The translations under genes were made by a program, and so were the position numbers. This document shows positions 1-12,990 of a DNA stretch of 64,000 nucleotides, piece after piece; the first letter of the stretch is position 1, and each line of letters starts with the position of its first letter. A model generated the notes under the pieces. The model made no database searches. It saw only the letters and a program-made list of their open reading frames with translations, and was not told where the DNA came from. The stretch is from Lingula anatina (lineage: Eukaryota > Animalia > Brachiopoda). The stretch spans positions 8,742,001 through 8,806,000 of the forward strand of contig CM120645.1 of assembly GCA_051362555.1 (NCBI GenBank), given 5' to 3'.

Positions 1-650
1 AATTACTTATACATAGGAACCGTCTAAGTGTACGGCCACCATATTTCCTAGAATGCTTTTAATGGGCATATCAACACGGGTGGGAAGTCAAATAAAGAAT
101 ATAATTCAGCACTGCTACACGAAATGCTGGAATTAGTATCAATTTCTGTCAGCAACTTGTACTCAATTTCTAATGCATAAAAATCACCACCGCTTTGTTC
201 AAGTTCGTGGAAATGATCTAGGTTCAAGACAAGCGTCTCAAGTAAACTACCTTTGTAACAAGATTTGACGACACTGTTTTCACGCATTAAATATGGATTT
301 TCATCTATCCGAGAGAAAAAAGACCCAATATATTTCTTATCATTGAAGAAATGCAGAACTTCTCGGTATGATTAAATTCTAATCGGTATAGGATTATCTA
401 AGATTACCCTGCGTATAGCGCCCCCTGTGACTCTTCACAGGACCATATAATAAGCCAGTTTCCATCAGAGATGCGTCGACCTAACTTAGTCTAAACCGTC
501 TCAAGAAGTCGTTTATTTACAATATATTTATCACAGGGTTTTGTCTCGTGTACCCCATGTTACATCGAGGCAAGTCATAAGATATTCTCTCTGCGCTGTG
601 TAAGCGGCGCTAACAGGGAGAATCCGAAATAGCCTACTAGCAAACGTTAA

Positions 651-932
651 AGGGACACAATGAGCGTAAAAACTTCGTTTGGCAAAATTTTGGACATTTC
701 AACACCTTTCCTATAGCCATCAAATTTTCAATATTCACATTTATCGAAGAGAATGTTGAATTTCACATTTAATGATAAAAACAAGAAATTTAGAACGAAA
801 ATGGGTTGAAGACTATGGTTTTATTAACTGTTCTGAATAGGGTAAACCTAAGGAATATAGGAGCAATTGCTGAATCGTCCAGGATTTTCCACTTTTTTTT
901 CTACACAAGTGTCTAACAAGAATTGTCCGCCT
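651..932. mobile_element. Non-autonomous DNA transposon, Kolobok-like (TTAA TSD, AGG termini)
   Basis: TTAA|AGGGACACAAT ... ATTGTCCGCCT|TTAA imperfect TIR. Confidence 0.55.
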
Positions 933-1895
933 TTAAACCCTTGACGTTATGAAATCGGAGAACCTCCTGTGAGAGATTGGTAGATACATATGTACCACTT
1001 GTCTGGAAACAGTCTTTTTCCACCGTGACGGCGATTGTATGCGTATCGTTGCACAGACGACGAAACACTCAAACACTGGAACCACAGGGTACATCTTATG
1101 AGATTGATAACTATGTATATATACAAATCCTTTGATCAGACCTGCTGGCGAGCGTCGTGATTAGGGAAATAACTGAACGAGGCGGGATCTTTTCAATTTG
1201 TATTTATATTGAAGTGCAAATTGCTTCTTGATCGCCGTTAACATTATGCAGATTATAGTTTGATTTGTTTTGCGTAAGATCTTTCGGCGGTGGACTTTTG
1301 AATATAAATAGTGACAAATACAAAGACTTATCCTCTTCGACCGAGACAGTTTTCTGTATCCCAACAGTTTGAAAGACTAGCATCTTTATTTGTTAGGAAA
1401 GTGGTGAAATGCATCATCGGTGATGTTGCACAGACTTCCTTGTGTATTCTGACAGCTTATCTTTGGTCAGTTTGGAAACAGTCCATCTCAGTTGACCTTC
1501 CAAACATTATAAGGTTTATAAACCCGCATTCAGGACCAGATTTTAATAGGCAATTATTTGAACAACCATAACGGTATTGTTACTACATATTTCGTGCCAA
1601 AAACCATTGGATTGTGTAGCTATGTAAGAAACAAATTATCACTAAGGCTCTTTTCATACAATTATAGCCCATAGTGCATTAGCATGCTTTACGCCACATC
1701 TGGTATTGACTGTTGTGTTGGTGTCGTGTTGTATGTGCCGTTTACAGTCACACTGACATCAATATACACGTATATTTAGATATTTTATCCTTTATTTTAT
1801 CATTTATTTATATTTTTGATGTAAGCATAATAGAGTAGTGTTAGAAGTAACTTAGACAGCGAGCAATGTTAAATTGTAACACTTAAAGCAGAATA

Positions 1896-1897
<2 letters not shown>

Positions 1898-1953
<56 letters not shown>
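1898..1953. repeat. (TTA)n microsatellite
   Basis: Direct read. Confidence 0.95.
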
Positions 1954-1957
<4 letters not shown>

Positions 1958-2311
1958 TCCTAGAGGAACTATCGTTGGTAGTACATGTGCAGCCCCCCCC
2001 CCCCAAAAAAAAAAAATAATAATAATAATAATAACAATAATGATGCATTGAAATCTACTGAGCCATACCGAGAAAAAAGCTATTTCTAGATCCCAACCTA
2101 AGGAATCAATGATAGCCCACTTCGGTTTACCTTCACAAACGCCTTTAACTATTAGATTAAGGGTTCCCACTTTGAAACGCTACATGGTCCGCTAGGGCTA
2201 ATCAAGGATGTATACGTACCTCCTTAGGCTAATTGTGAATCCCAGTTGAATTGTGTAACATTTTTTCCGAAGAGGCAAATGGCAAGATAAACGACACCAA
2301 GTAGAAATGTG

Positions 2312-2531
2312 TGTAGTTTCTGTTCCCTTGGTGTATACAGCTCTGCAGGTAATTAAGGTTACAGACAGAGTTTATGATCACGAACTCAATCTATACAGTG
2401 AGAAAAGCCATAATGTTGATGTAGTTTCTGTTCCCTTGGTGTATACAGCTCTGCAAGTAATTAAGGTTACAGACAGAGTTTATGATCACGAACTCAATCT
2501 ATACAGTGAGAAAAGCCATAATGTTGATGTA
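2312..2531. repeat. Tandem duplication, 108-bp unit x2, one mismatch
   Basis: tgtagtttctgttcccttgg... starts at 2312 and 2420; gcaggt vs gcaagt. Confidence 0.95.
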
Positions 2532-3298
2532 ACGTTAACAACCCTTTCTTCACCTCTTTATCGCTGTTTCTCTATTTTTAAATATTAAAATGCCTGTAAT
2601 GTACTTAAACTTGTCCCTCTTCCTTAAAAATCAGAATGCGTAGTGGTAAGGAATAGAATAGAAATAGAATAGAATAGAATGGAATGATATTTCACAGATC
2701 ATGTTGGAGAATAGATTAATGCAAGAACTGAATAATTCTAGAAGAGAATTTACTGGTGAAAAAGTTCGACATCAAGATCTGTCATCAATCGAAAGGGTGA
2801 ACCAAGCCTTCTGACTTAATGTACAAATTTGAATTGCGAAGATTGAGAAATCCTGTACTAAAGATTAGAAAAACGTGTTATTTTGTTGCAACACTTTATT
2901 TTAGAATCCATGAATCGTCCTCAGGACACACGTCCAAAATAAAAACGTGTTTGGGGTTATTATTAATTTAACGAAAATAAAGGAACACATTAACACATCA
3001 CAACATATATGTTATCGAAAGATCACGTACGCTTATTTATATACATAACGGTATGCGTTTATCACTTCCATGGCCGGTGTGTGCTTTCTAGAGGTAAAAT
3101 AAAGGGAAATGTGGTAGAAGGCTGGCGTTTTACGGTATTTATTATAAAATGCTACATACGATTTCACCAACGCACAGTACAACACGAATTACACCGGAAT
3201 TAGGTCTATAAGGAAATAAAGGGGTTGAAATGGCAAAGAAATAGAAGATGAATTGGCAAAAAAAAAAAAACGGTTTTGAGCATATACACGCACGCAAA

Positions 3299-3329
<31 letters not shown>

Positions 3330-5280
3330 ATATACCATCCTAATTCAACAAAGTCTAAAAACCAAGCTCTAGCTTGAGATTTGGCTTCAAAAACCAGAAT
3401 AGTACAATAACGTATGTATTTAAAGCACCATTTCTCAAAAATGGCAATGACATCGCAAACGACCGGAAATGAAGGGACAAAACGGCAGCCCGATTTATAT
3501 ATATATTCAGATATACTGCCTAAAGATAGAAGCCGCATGTATCCGGAGTCAGGAATGAAGATGCATGGGCTACATCTATCGTCAGCCAAGTTAAGATAAA
3601 TTAAGCTGTCGTTCTTTCTGCTGGTCTTATGTTTCAGTTAAGGAGTTTTAACCATCGACCCCGCGTTCGACCACCTCTGTACACATGGCTTCAGTCTAAC
3701 ATGGGTTTGTATTGAATCGCCCAGATATATTATACAATAATCGTTACATGTGCACTACGAGTATATCTGCTTGCCAGAATCGGTATTTAAGACTGAAGTG
3801 CTATTTATGATAGCGAGCTGTGAATTTACGAGGTACGTCTGCTTGAAGGAAATATGTGTTGCAATGAAACTGGCATCTTGGCCTCGCATTGGACCTTTCG
3901 CTTTGTTGAGGCACCTACTTTCACGTTTTCTAAGGAGATTGACACGCGCACACATGCAAAATCACAGTGCTACAACCACCTACATACACACGCGCGTGCG
4001 TGCACACATAAAATGGGAGTATTTTTGCGCATTTTTTGAACCATTAACACGTTAGGTTGCTTGTGCCAATAACATATCCTAATTACCAGTGGCTTAAAAC
4101 ACATTCACTCTGTTGATTATCGCTTTGAGACAGCAACGTCAGTGCCAATTCGACAGACTTTTCCTTAGCTAATGGTGATAATTGCATGTATTCTTCTCTG
4201 AATGGGTATCCAAAGGTTGAAGGCACACACATTCAGATACTTAAAAACAGAAAACAAGTCGCCAAATACCGATTGTGGCTTAGATTGTGTCCATTTTTCT
4301 AAGGCATCAAACAGGAGCGAAACTGAAACACAGTGTCATTAGACGTATGAAACGTTACGTATACCAATTAAGTCGATGGTCTTGATGGCAGAGAGATTTG
4401 ATTTTATGGCTCACCATATAAATCCCGCCGACAGAATGGCAGAAATGGAGGGGGGTGGGGGTGGGGGTGAGGAGGGGGTAGGGGCATAATTGTGGCTGTT
4501 TATTTTCAAAAGTTGAAAACCTCGCTTGCTTCTTATGGGAATTCATATGTGTATTCTGTTGATAATGATCATACAATGTAAGTTTGAACTTTTCACTTTC
4601 TACACATAACTGAAGCTATGCCTCACAAAACTTGGTGATCTTCCACAAGTGTGTGTTTCTATGAGACTGAGCACTATGCACCAATGTCTTAGTAATAGTG
4701 TGGTCCCATTTGTGTGAACATCGTGTTAAAACGGTAATAAGTTTAACCTTATGATCTTGCTTGGTGTGTTTGGTATATTTAAAGACAATGTGTATAAGAA
4801 TGTGCCATCCCATGTGACAAAGAGGTGAACGTTTAACAAGCCCATTTATTCTTGGATACGAAGAAACATTTCGCCAGGAAATGTGTCTGAAATTGGACAA
4901 AGCTCAACGGGAAATTATGGTCGGGAAAAAAGTCTCCCTGGCTCTTTTTACAACATTAAATGTTTAACTGGGAATGAGTTTTCTGGCATGATCATCTACT
5001 AAAGATGGTGAATACAGGACGGAAAAAACCAATGAAGCCCCACTGAGATTATAATTATATAACAATTCAGTGGTGTTATCCTCCGATTAAATTGTTAAAT
5101 TCCATTATCCGATCAGGTTAGGATGAGAAAGAAAAAAAAGACAAAAAAAAAAGGAGAAGACTAAATGCATCTCGTTGAATAATTTGAGGGATATAGCAGT
5201 AAATCGAACCAAGTTGAAAACACACACGCAAGCCACACATGCATGCATGCACGCACCATGCGCGAAGACCGGTAAACAGC

Positions 5281-5345
5281 CTCTCTCTCTCTTTTCTTCT
5301 TCTTCTTCTTCTTCTTCTTCTCTCTCTCTCTCTCTCTCTCTCTCC
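5281..5345. repeat. Compound (CT)n/(CTT)n microsatellite
   Basis: Direct read. Confidence 0.9.
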
Positions 5346-6690
5346 TACACTGTATAATTAACCACAAATGTACAGCAATCCAGATCTTGAGTTCAATAAT
5401 ATCCCAAAGTCAGCCTAGTCCCGATTTAGATCCGTAAGTACGAGCATCGATTAATCAAAGAGTTGATCAGATCCTAGACCGTAGTTGTCTTCGGGGCACC
5501 CCGTCTTTCAGCGCCTATTGGAATCTCTCCACTTTAAAATACGTTTACTGTTCATTTCGTTCTACATACAACTTTACAGTAACACAATCAGTGTTTTATC
5601 AGTATAGACATTTTACAGAGCGAAGTGTATTTCTCCTAGTAATTTATGTGTCTTTACCACATCCAAAACCGTTGACAAAATAAAGGTTTATAAGCTAGTC
5701 ATGAATTTTAATCCCGTTTCTATATTTTGAGCCGCTCTCGCAGAGATGGAGACGGGTGAACTTCACTCGTTATGGTAAAAATTAAAAATGAATAGAATAC
5801 ACACAGGTCGCAATTTTCTAAAAAAAATTGGATAAAGTATATGTTTACTTGGTGTGCTTGATAACGCAAAAAAAAAAAAAAAAAAAATGACGAAATTTTC
5901 TGAAATTCATTTTTAGCTATACAAAAGTCTCATGTGCATTATATGTCATTAATGGATCGCGTATACAGTAGTACAGCAGGACGAACAACACAACATAAAA
6001 AAATTGACCTTGAGCGAAGGGCATTGCTGAGAGGCCTGGTTGTGAAATACGAAGCCGAATAATAACAAGCTAAATCTCGAGCCTGGCTGTTTTAACACAA
6101 AGTTATAAAGTAAAAACTCGTGTCCTGCATTCAACTTGCTCATTTGCACAGCTGCGCGAGAAAATTCAAAACCCAGAAGTGCAAACTAAAAATATTGCAC
6201 GCGAATATGTTCACAGCTCGGCAGAGCTAGGATTCTAGTACCATTACTGGATTCCAATAACATGATCTGTGTGTTTGGTATTCATATCCCAATAATAGAT
6301 CTTTCAAGTAAAAGTAAAATATTTTTTCAACTTACGGCAATTCTTATGGTACAGTAGCTAAGTAAGTTTAAATAAGCCATATGGTTGATGTATCGGATAA
6401 ACTTTAAAGTAAATATAGAAATTCGAGATCAATCACGGCTGTCTGAATGACGAGAGTTGGTAAATACATGTAATATTGAAATCACAATAATAACTATATC
6501 TATTTTCCCATCACTTTCAATAGGAATGCCTGCTAGGTCAAGATAGGTACCATAGTGATGACGTAGACAGGACGTGATGACGTCAGATGATGACGTAAAG
6601 TAGTGCTCTTAATTACCATTGTCTCTCGCTACAAATCAAAGCCGTTTTCCCTTCATCGCATTCAGTTCATGTCTCGTTTACGCAAGATGC

Positions 6691-6888
6691 CCCTTAAGAA
6701 AATTTTCTATAGAATGTCCTATGGTTCATCTATCGGCCTCTGAAAAAATCCTTCAGGACACTAGGAAATCTGTCGGACATCCTATGGGATTCCTATCTAG
6801 GCCATATGTCCTATATAGGACCTTATAGGGTTCCGAACAAATGGTCTATTGGACGTCCTATTGGACCCCATAGAAAATTTAGGTAAGG
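6691..6888. mobile_element. MITE-like element with TIRs and internal CCTAT(A/G)G repeats
   Basis: CCCTTAAGAAAATTTTCTAT ... ATAGAAAATTTAGGTAAGG; many cctat/atagg motifs in both orientations. Confidence 0.6.
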
Positions 6889-7846
6889 AATTGTACAGAG
6901 CTTGGCTTGGCTTAAAAGGGTAGACTCGGAGAGCCGACTACGTCAAGTCGACTATGCGACATTAGACAAAGGATGTTTTCGAACGATAAGGACCACAATA
7001 AATGTATTTGGCATGCCTTAACAGGCTAATTTCACCGATGAGAGCAAAAATCATTCTCAGGAAGAACAATTTACTGTAAGGGCAAAGTTCAAAAACCGAA
7101 AAATAAGGTGAAAGATCTTCCACATTTTTAATGTGAAACGCAATTTGGTCAAGTCTTTAAGCAGCTTGTATTCACGTGTTCTTTGAGCAGTCTGAATTCA
7201 TGTATTTTTACCTGTATTTTTTTTTATATATAAAAGGACTAATTTCTGTATAAAGACTGAATGTCATGGATAGATGACATTACATTTGACAGTTACAACA
7301 AGTAACTTTACGTCAGTTCATATAGGTGGTACAGAGGGAGAGTACTGCAGATGACGGGTCGTTAAATGATCAATGCATCTTTCATGCGACTCGCGTTCTT
7401 TACCTAAAACACGGAAATTTGTGCAAACTACAGCTCCAGGAAATCGATACAGGGATTATGGCCAAAAAGAAACCTGGGACGTAAAGGTTTTGCATTACAA
7501 TTCAGGAATTATGTGTCGTTTTTAAAATATCTCCTGCAGATTTTTTTTCTTATTCATATATGAATTTTCGGAAAGGGTGTCGAGTGCAGTAACGTACTTT
7601 GTCAGCAGGCACACTACGGCCAGGTAAAATATAAGCTAGCTCTACGTGAAAATTGAATTTGAATCAGTCATGTATCTTTTATATACATAGTAGGTTCCTT
7701 TATAGAAAAACTCTCTCTCTTTTCTCTAATTTAATTTGCTTAAATGTCGCCAGGCTCGAGTTGGAAGTCGTGTGGAGTTAAAGGTGGAGGCGGTGGTGAT
7801 GGGTCTCTCTCTTTCTATTCATCATAATTAACTCTTGACCAGTCCG

Positions 7847-7850
<4 letters not shown>

Positions 7851-7897
<47 letters not shown>
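7851..7897. repeat. (AG)n microsatellite
   Basis: Direct read. Confidence 0.95.
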
Positions 7898-7901
<4 letters not shown>

Positions 7902-9909
7902 TAAAAGGAAAAAAGTTACTAATAATTCAACTAGTGTTGTGGCAGATAGGTGAATGGCTTATTCTTAATTACTATATCCCATAAGAAGGGAAGAGGAAGG
8001 GCACCAGACGAGAGAAATAACAGTCAATCTATCTGATCGATCTGGAGTCATCAAGGTACTGATAGTCAAAGCCATTACAGCGGATATCCGTCGCCTTTAG
8101 TTCCATGTGCAATATCTGAAATAATTTCATTGAATTTGAATTACGACATGTCTCGAATATCAGTGCGTGTGGAGATATACTTGTTTTGACAGCCGTGAAA
8201 GATTTGGAAAAAAACAAAAACATCTCCCGTCACCACCTGCAATTCAAGTTCATTTTACCGTGACTCATGATGAAATGCAACCACAGCCGTTGATTTCCCA
8301 AGTATTCGAGAAGCACGCGTACATGTACCTATTGGCACTAACTGCCCAATAGCCTTTAATTTGTTATCGTGTTTCTTTGCATTGAACTTTACTTTACTCG
8401 CGCAGGTTCGTTGCCTATAATTTTCGATCTAATAGCTCTTCTAATTAAGATTTACTGACCGGCTGGAGACTGGTAGAAAACTCATTTTTTACCCTACACG
8501 ATATGATGGCTATTATTAACAGCTTTACGGATCATTAGCAAAAGGCATGGGAAAGCAAAAATAATGTATAAAATCAATTGTTCTTAGGGTTTTATTATTT
8601 TAGAATTACGGTCCTTCCGTCCGGAAGATGGAATAATATCAGCTATTGGTACGTGCACATATAGTGCGGGTTAATCGAACAAAAAGGCCAGGATTGTGGT
8701 AAAAAGAAAGAAGACGATTTACACATGCACACATACACACACGCACAAATATACACATAGTTGCATGCACAAACACATACACGCTCGTACACACACAACC
8801 ACATACATAAACATCAACACGCACACGCTCGCACACGCACACACACACACACACACACACACGTGACTGACCCTCGGAGACACTCAGCCCCGACCGTCAG
8901 GCAAAAAATAAATCAAGTAAAGTAATGGATGAACATGTTTTGGTTTCAAAATATTATCGATATGATGCAAGATTACGATACAGCATTTGCTCCTTGAGAC
9001 TTCGATTAAGTTGTATATTGTGAAAGATGATATAAAGTCGAGCACTCAAGATGAGAAAAAAAAATGTTTTCAAGTGACTGTTAACTAGCTATTGCAAATC
9101 GTATCGGGAATCATGAACACCCCATTGACATACACAGAAAGGTGCGTGTAAGCGCAACGCTGGAAATTAATTTCATTATCCCATTCATTAATTAACGCAT
9201 ATCACTGTATTAAATCTGAGCATGAAAATCGATCGTTAATGCAACGTTGCGAGTGTAGGCCATTCATCCATCCTCAGGACCGCGTGATGAATTCTATCAA
9301 GTCATCTCAGATGAAACACCTGTACGGAAAACTCTTCTGTCTGCTGCTTAGTTCACACAGGATATGAAGGACACTGTTTTCACTTTTCACGGATATCATT
9401 TCTCTGAATGAGCATTTCATCTTCGAATGTCTTAAATGGTGGACATCTAGTTATTCTTTCACAGACGCTGGACTCTTTAATTACCCTGTAAATTATCTGG
9501 TTAACCACATCTTTAAGATATGTAGTTGTTAAGTTAACAATGGATACAGCGGAATTGAGCAATGTACAGCAATGGGCAAGATTCCTATTCTCAAAGGCAA
9601 AGTGTTTCGTGTTATTTATGGACGCACAAATAGCCGTAAAACAAATGAATTGCGCCGCGTGGTCTTCAAAAGTGGCCTCTAATTAACAGTCATTGCTCTC
9701 CGTCATATATCAATATATATCAATACTCACTGCCTTGTTCACTTTGATAGGTGTATGTTCTGCCTGCAGGAATATATATCCGTCTTGACATATATACTTT
9801 TGCCCGTCGTATTTTTAGTACCTCATTTGCGCTCCGTAAAGGGTAAGCCACCAGCGGGCGTCTGCCAGAGCTGGTGACCCGGTTATGATTTCACTGTTAT
9901 GTGTGGATG

Positions 9910-9915
<6 letters not shown>

Positions 9916-9954
<39 letters not shown>

Positions 9955-9985
9955 GGAGAGAGAGAGAGAGAGAGAGAGGGGGGAG
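9916..9985. repeat. Interrupted (GA)n purine tract
   Basis: Direct read. Confidence 0.9.
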
Positions 9986-10776
9986 GAGCGGGGTCTGAGA
10001 GAGATGTTGAAATGCAATCTAACCTGCTTTAATTTACGTGTGCGTTTTACAAGCTTCGCCACTCGGTCTCACATACGAATCTGAAGTTTGCCATCAGCGC
10101 ATTTGTTAAACCTTGTCGGTTGTCACAGAGAAATTCATTGGGAACAATCGCTTCCGAAACATTGTCCTGCTACGGATAAGTCCAAAAACAGCTGAAACTG
10201 AGAAAAATGACAATTACTGTGACAAGTAGAGAAGCGCGCTGTAGGGAATTAAAATCGACCGGTTTTCTTTAAGGGCTGTTTATCTACAGCTATTTGCTAT
10301 ATTTCATGTGTTCTTTACTGTTAAAATAAACATGGCTTTGCTGATCAATACGATGGTTCAATGATGTTCGTTGTTTTATGTTTGAACGGCGAGATAGCGA
10401 TGCCGAGGTATGCAATGTTTCCACAATCTGAGGTAATAATTTCCCCTTTTATGCTCTTTTCTAAAGAACGTTTCTCTGTCAGTGTTTCATTTTGTTATTT
10501 AGTTTTCATTGTTTGATATGGGATGTTGCATGCACTATTCTAAGTGACTGAGTAATAGACGGCTGAATATTCAGTCTCGGTCAAATCATAATTTTTAGAA
10601 TGTTTTGGCTTTTTTGGGGACCGAATCCTTGGAGTAAATAATCTTCAACTTAATCAAATGTTTGCAGCGGAGGTCGTATAATATTATTATTACCTTGTTA
10701 AATAAACAGTTTTGATTTACTTTGATTGACAAGCACGTTTTAGAACACCCAAAACTACAAAAAAAATGAACAAATG

Positions 10777-11045
10777 TACTCATGTGATTTAATTGCAACA
10801 TCCGATTATTTGTGCTAGAGAAAGAGAAAAATGAAGAGGAACTGAAAGCAAAATACTTTGAAAGACAAACACTATTTAGAATACCCATAACCACAGAACA
10901 AAGAAAACCGCGAAGGCATACTCATGTGATTTAACCTCAACATCCGTTATTTTTGCAAGAAAAAGAGAAAGAAAAAACTCCAACATCACATTATTTGTGA
11001 AAGAGAATGAAAAAGAGAAATAGAAATTGAAACAAAACACTATTT
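10777..11045. repeat. Degenerate tandem duplication (~140 bp period)
   Basis: tactcatgtgatttaa...caacatccg...aaacactattt occurs twice. Confidence 0.6.
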
Positions 11046-11149
11046 TCATGCCTTTTTTGCATGGATTTGTTAGTATGGTCGTCAATGTGAAATTGTTTGG
11101 TGGCTTCAGCCCTAGTGTCAATAACGTGGAAAGAACTGGTTGACAGAGA

Positions 11150-11230
11150 CCCACGCGCATGCGCTATGTCGCCAATCGAAACTCCAAGAACGGTCTATCG
11201 GGGCACGCAACTTCGAGCTTTCAGTATACA
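11150..11230 (+). promoter_or_regulatory. Candidate core promoter (NRF1-type palindrome, CCAAT box, Inr)
   Basis: GCGCATGCGC 11155-11164, CCAATC 11172-11177, TCAGT 11221-11225 in a locally CpG-rich patch. Confidence 0.45.
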
Positions 11231-11612
11231 CTCGCGGAATCAAAGCGTGGCACGCCGCTAGAGTGGCGATAAGCAGCAAAGTGCATATCAGCGAGCGAGA
11301 AACTGGACAGATAAGCCTAATATTTAACCTTCCACTGTGAAGCGGACGCTCCAAGTCAACACCCGGTCTGCGTTACGCTGCAAGGGGTTCAGGTTAATCT
11401 CAAAGTGGTTTTAACATTTAGAGAGCGCTCGTGTCCACCCCGGGCGAGTTAAGTTAAGAATTCTAGGAGAATTAGGAATTCAAGGAGAACGCACAGAGTC
11501 GAGGGAAATAATGAGAGGGGGTAAGCGAGAGTTTTATCCCGAGGACATATAGTGTTAGCCGTATATCCAATTTCTCACGACGTGGAGATACTACTTTATG
11601 CGTACCTGTCAG
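11223..11612 (+). other. Candidate non-coding first exon (5' UTR) of the mGluR gene
   Basis: Begins at the Inr-like A; strong donors GGG|GTAAGC (11520/11521) and CAG|GTAAGG (11612/11613). Confidence 0.4.
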
Positions 11613-12824
11613 GTAAGGGGATAATTATTTACGTTATTTAAGATCAGCAGATTGACACCAAGGTAAATTTTTGATACGCAGATGGTATTGTATCAAAATT
11701 TTACTTTTCACATGTCGACATAGGTATGAATGCAGTTATCATAGCGGATTAATTTTTAACGTCTCGATAACGGACCGTGGCCGCCGAAGCAAATCTTTGT
11801 GTAACATAGGAGTTTATTTTAAGAAGCAGTCCTCAAGGCTTTGATTAAGATAATTCATGAGCAGGTCATTTGTAAACTTGGTGTTTTCCCCCAACACAGC
11901 CACAGCAAAAAATCTAATACAAAACTTCAATATGCTGGTAAATATTATACGGGGCGTTCAAAGCAATTTGATTCTGTGGTTTAGCAAGTTATTTTATTAA
12001 AATATATGCATATGGCGTGTGTTCATGATAGGGGTGTATATCATTTTCACATTCACAAGATATAGGTGTTGAGATGCGTTACTACAAAGTATAAATACGA
12101 CATTCTCTCAACGCAGGCCTCGAAGCTAGTGCGGTTTAGATGTAAATACCATCTTCATCTGTTTGCGTATTGGCCTTTCTCATCTGGGAGCTGGACGTCG
12201 GCCCATCTCTGTCAGATAGAAAGTGTGCATAACCGACTTTGATAAGGGTTTTGATGCAACGTTACGCATCGACGAAACCCGCCAACACACTTTTACATAA
12301 ACAGTTCGTCCATGTTGAATTCACATCAGAACAACAACAAATGACTGGGCGCAAATTAAGAACATACATGTGTACACAATTTTTGGCGCTTAAAGAAGAC
12401 AATTGGTACTTGAAATTAAACGCGTGATCAACTGGTGTTCATTGTTGTATGAAAAGGAAAAATAGAAAAAAAAAAAGAAAAAACAATCGAAGTATAAAAT
12501 TTGAGTATCCTTAGCGAAGCGAAAATGACAAAAGTGTGCGTTAAGCCCTCAATCGCCTGTAAACATCGCGGGACAGGGACAACGATACCTTGCAATCTCA
12601 ATTTCCCCCTCACTGACGTTGACTTTTTGCAGTTTTAATTAAACAAGGAGAGATTTCCCAAAGCTGGAAATGAAACAAAACTGTACTATTTTTCTTTGCC
12701 CGGAATGTAAAAAGAGAGGGATAAAAACGAGAAAATGGCCCAGGAAGAAAATTCACTTAGGTGGCATAAAGATTGAAGGATTGAAGGATTGATAATGAAA
12801 AAAATGGTGATTTCTCACCTTAAG

Positions 12825-12990
12825 CAAGCCCGTAGCCGGGGAAGGGGGGGATTCGGAAGAAACCCCTTTTGTGCCGGGAAAAAGGCCGCCTCTGGGCAAA
12901 ATTTTATCTTAGTACACGAAGGTTTCATGGTAAAAGGTCCCCTTTTTCAGAAAAAGAACCCCCCTTTTGAAATTGCCGGCTACGGGCCTG
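12825..12990. mobile_element. MITE family A copy 1 (TIR CA(A/G)GCCCGTAGCC; 5-bp TSD TTAAG)
   Basis: ttaag|caagcccgtagcc ... ggctacgggcctg|ttaag; homologous (reverse orientation) to copies at 46345 and 51776. Confidence 0.8.

Noticed and set aside
1280-1953. Possible LINE 3' remnant ending in (TTA)n
   Set aside because: No convincing RT or endonuclease motif could be read; too degenerate to support.
2312-2531. 108-bp repeat or the 29/49-bp arrays as CRISPR-like arrays
   Set aside because: Head-to-tail units with no unique spacers, no cas genes, eukaryotic context.
5161-5367. ORFs with RERERE/KKKK or SLSLSL runs (also 8639, 35312, 40721, 40875, 60442, 60518)
   Set aside because: Translations of microsatellites, not genes.
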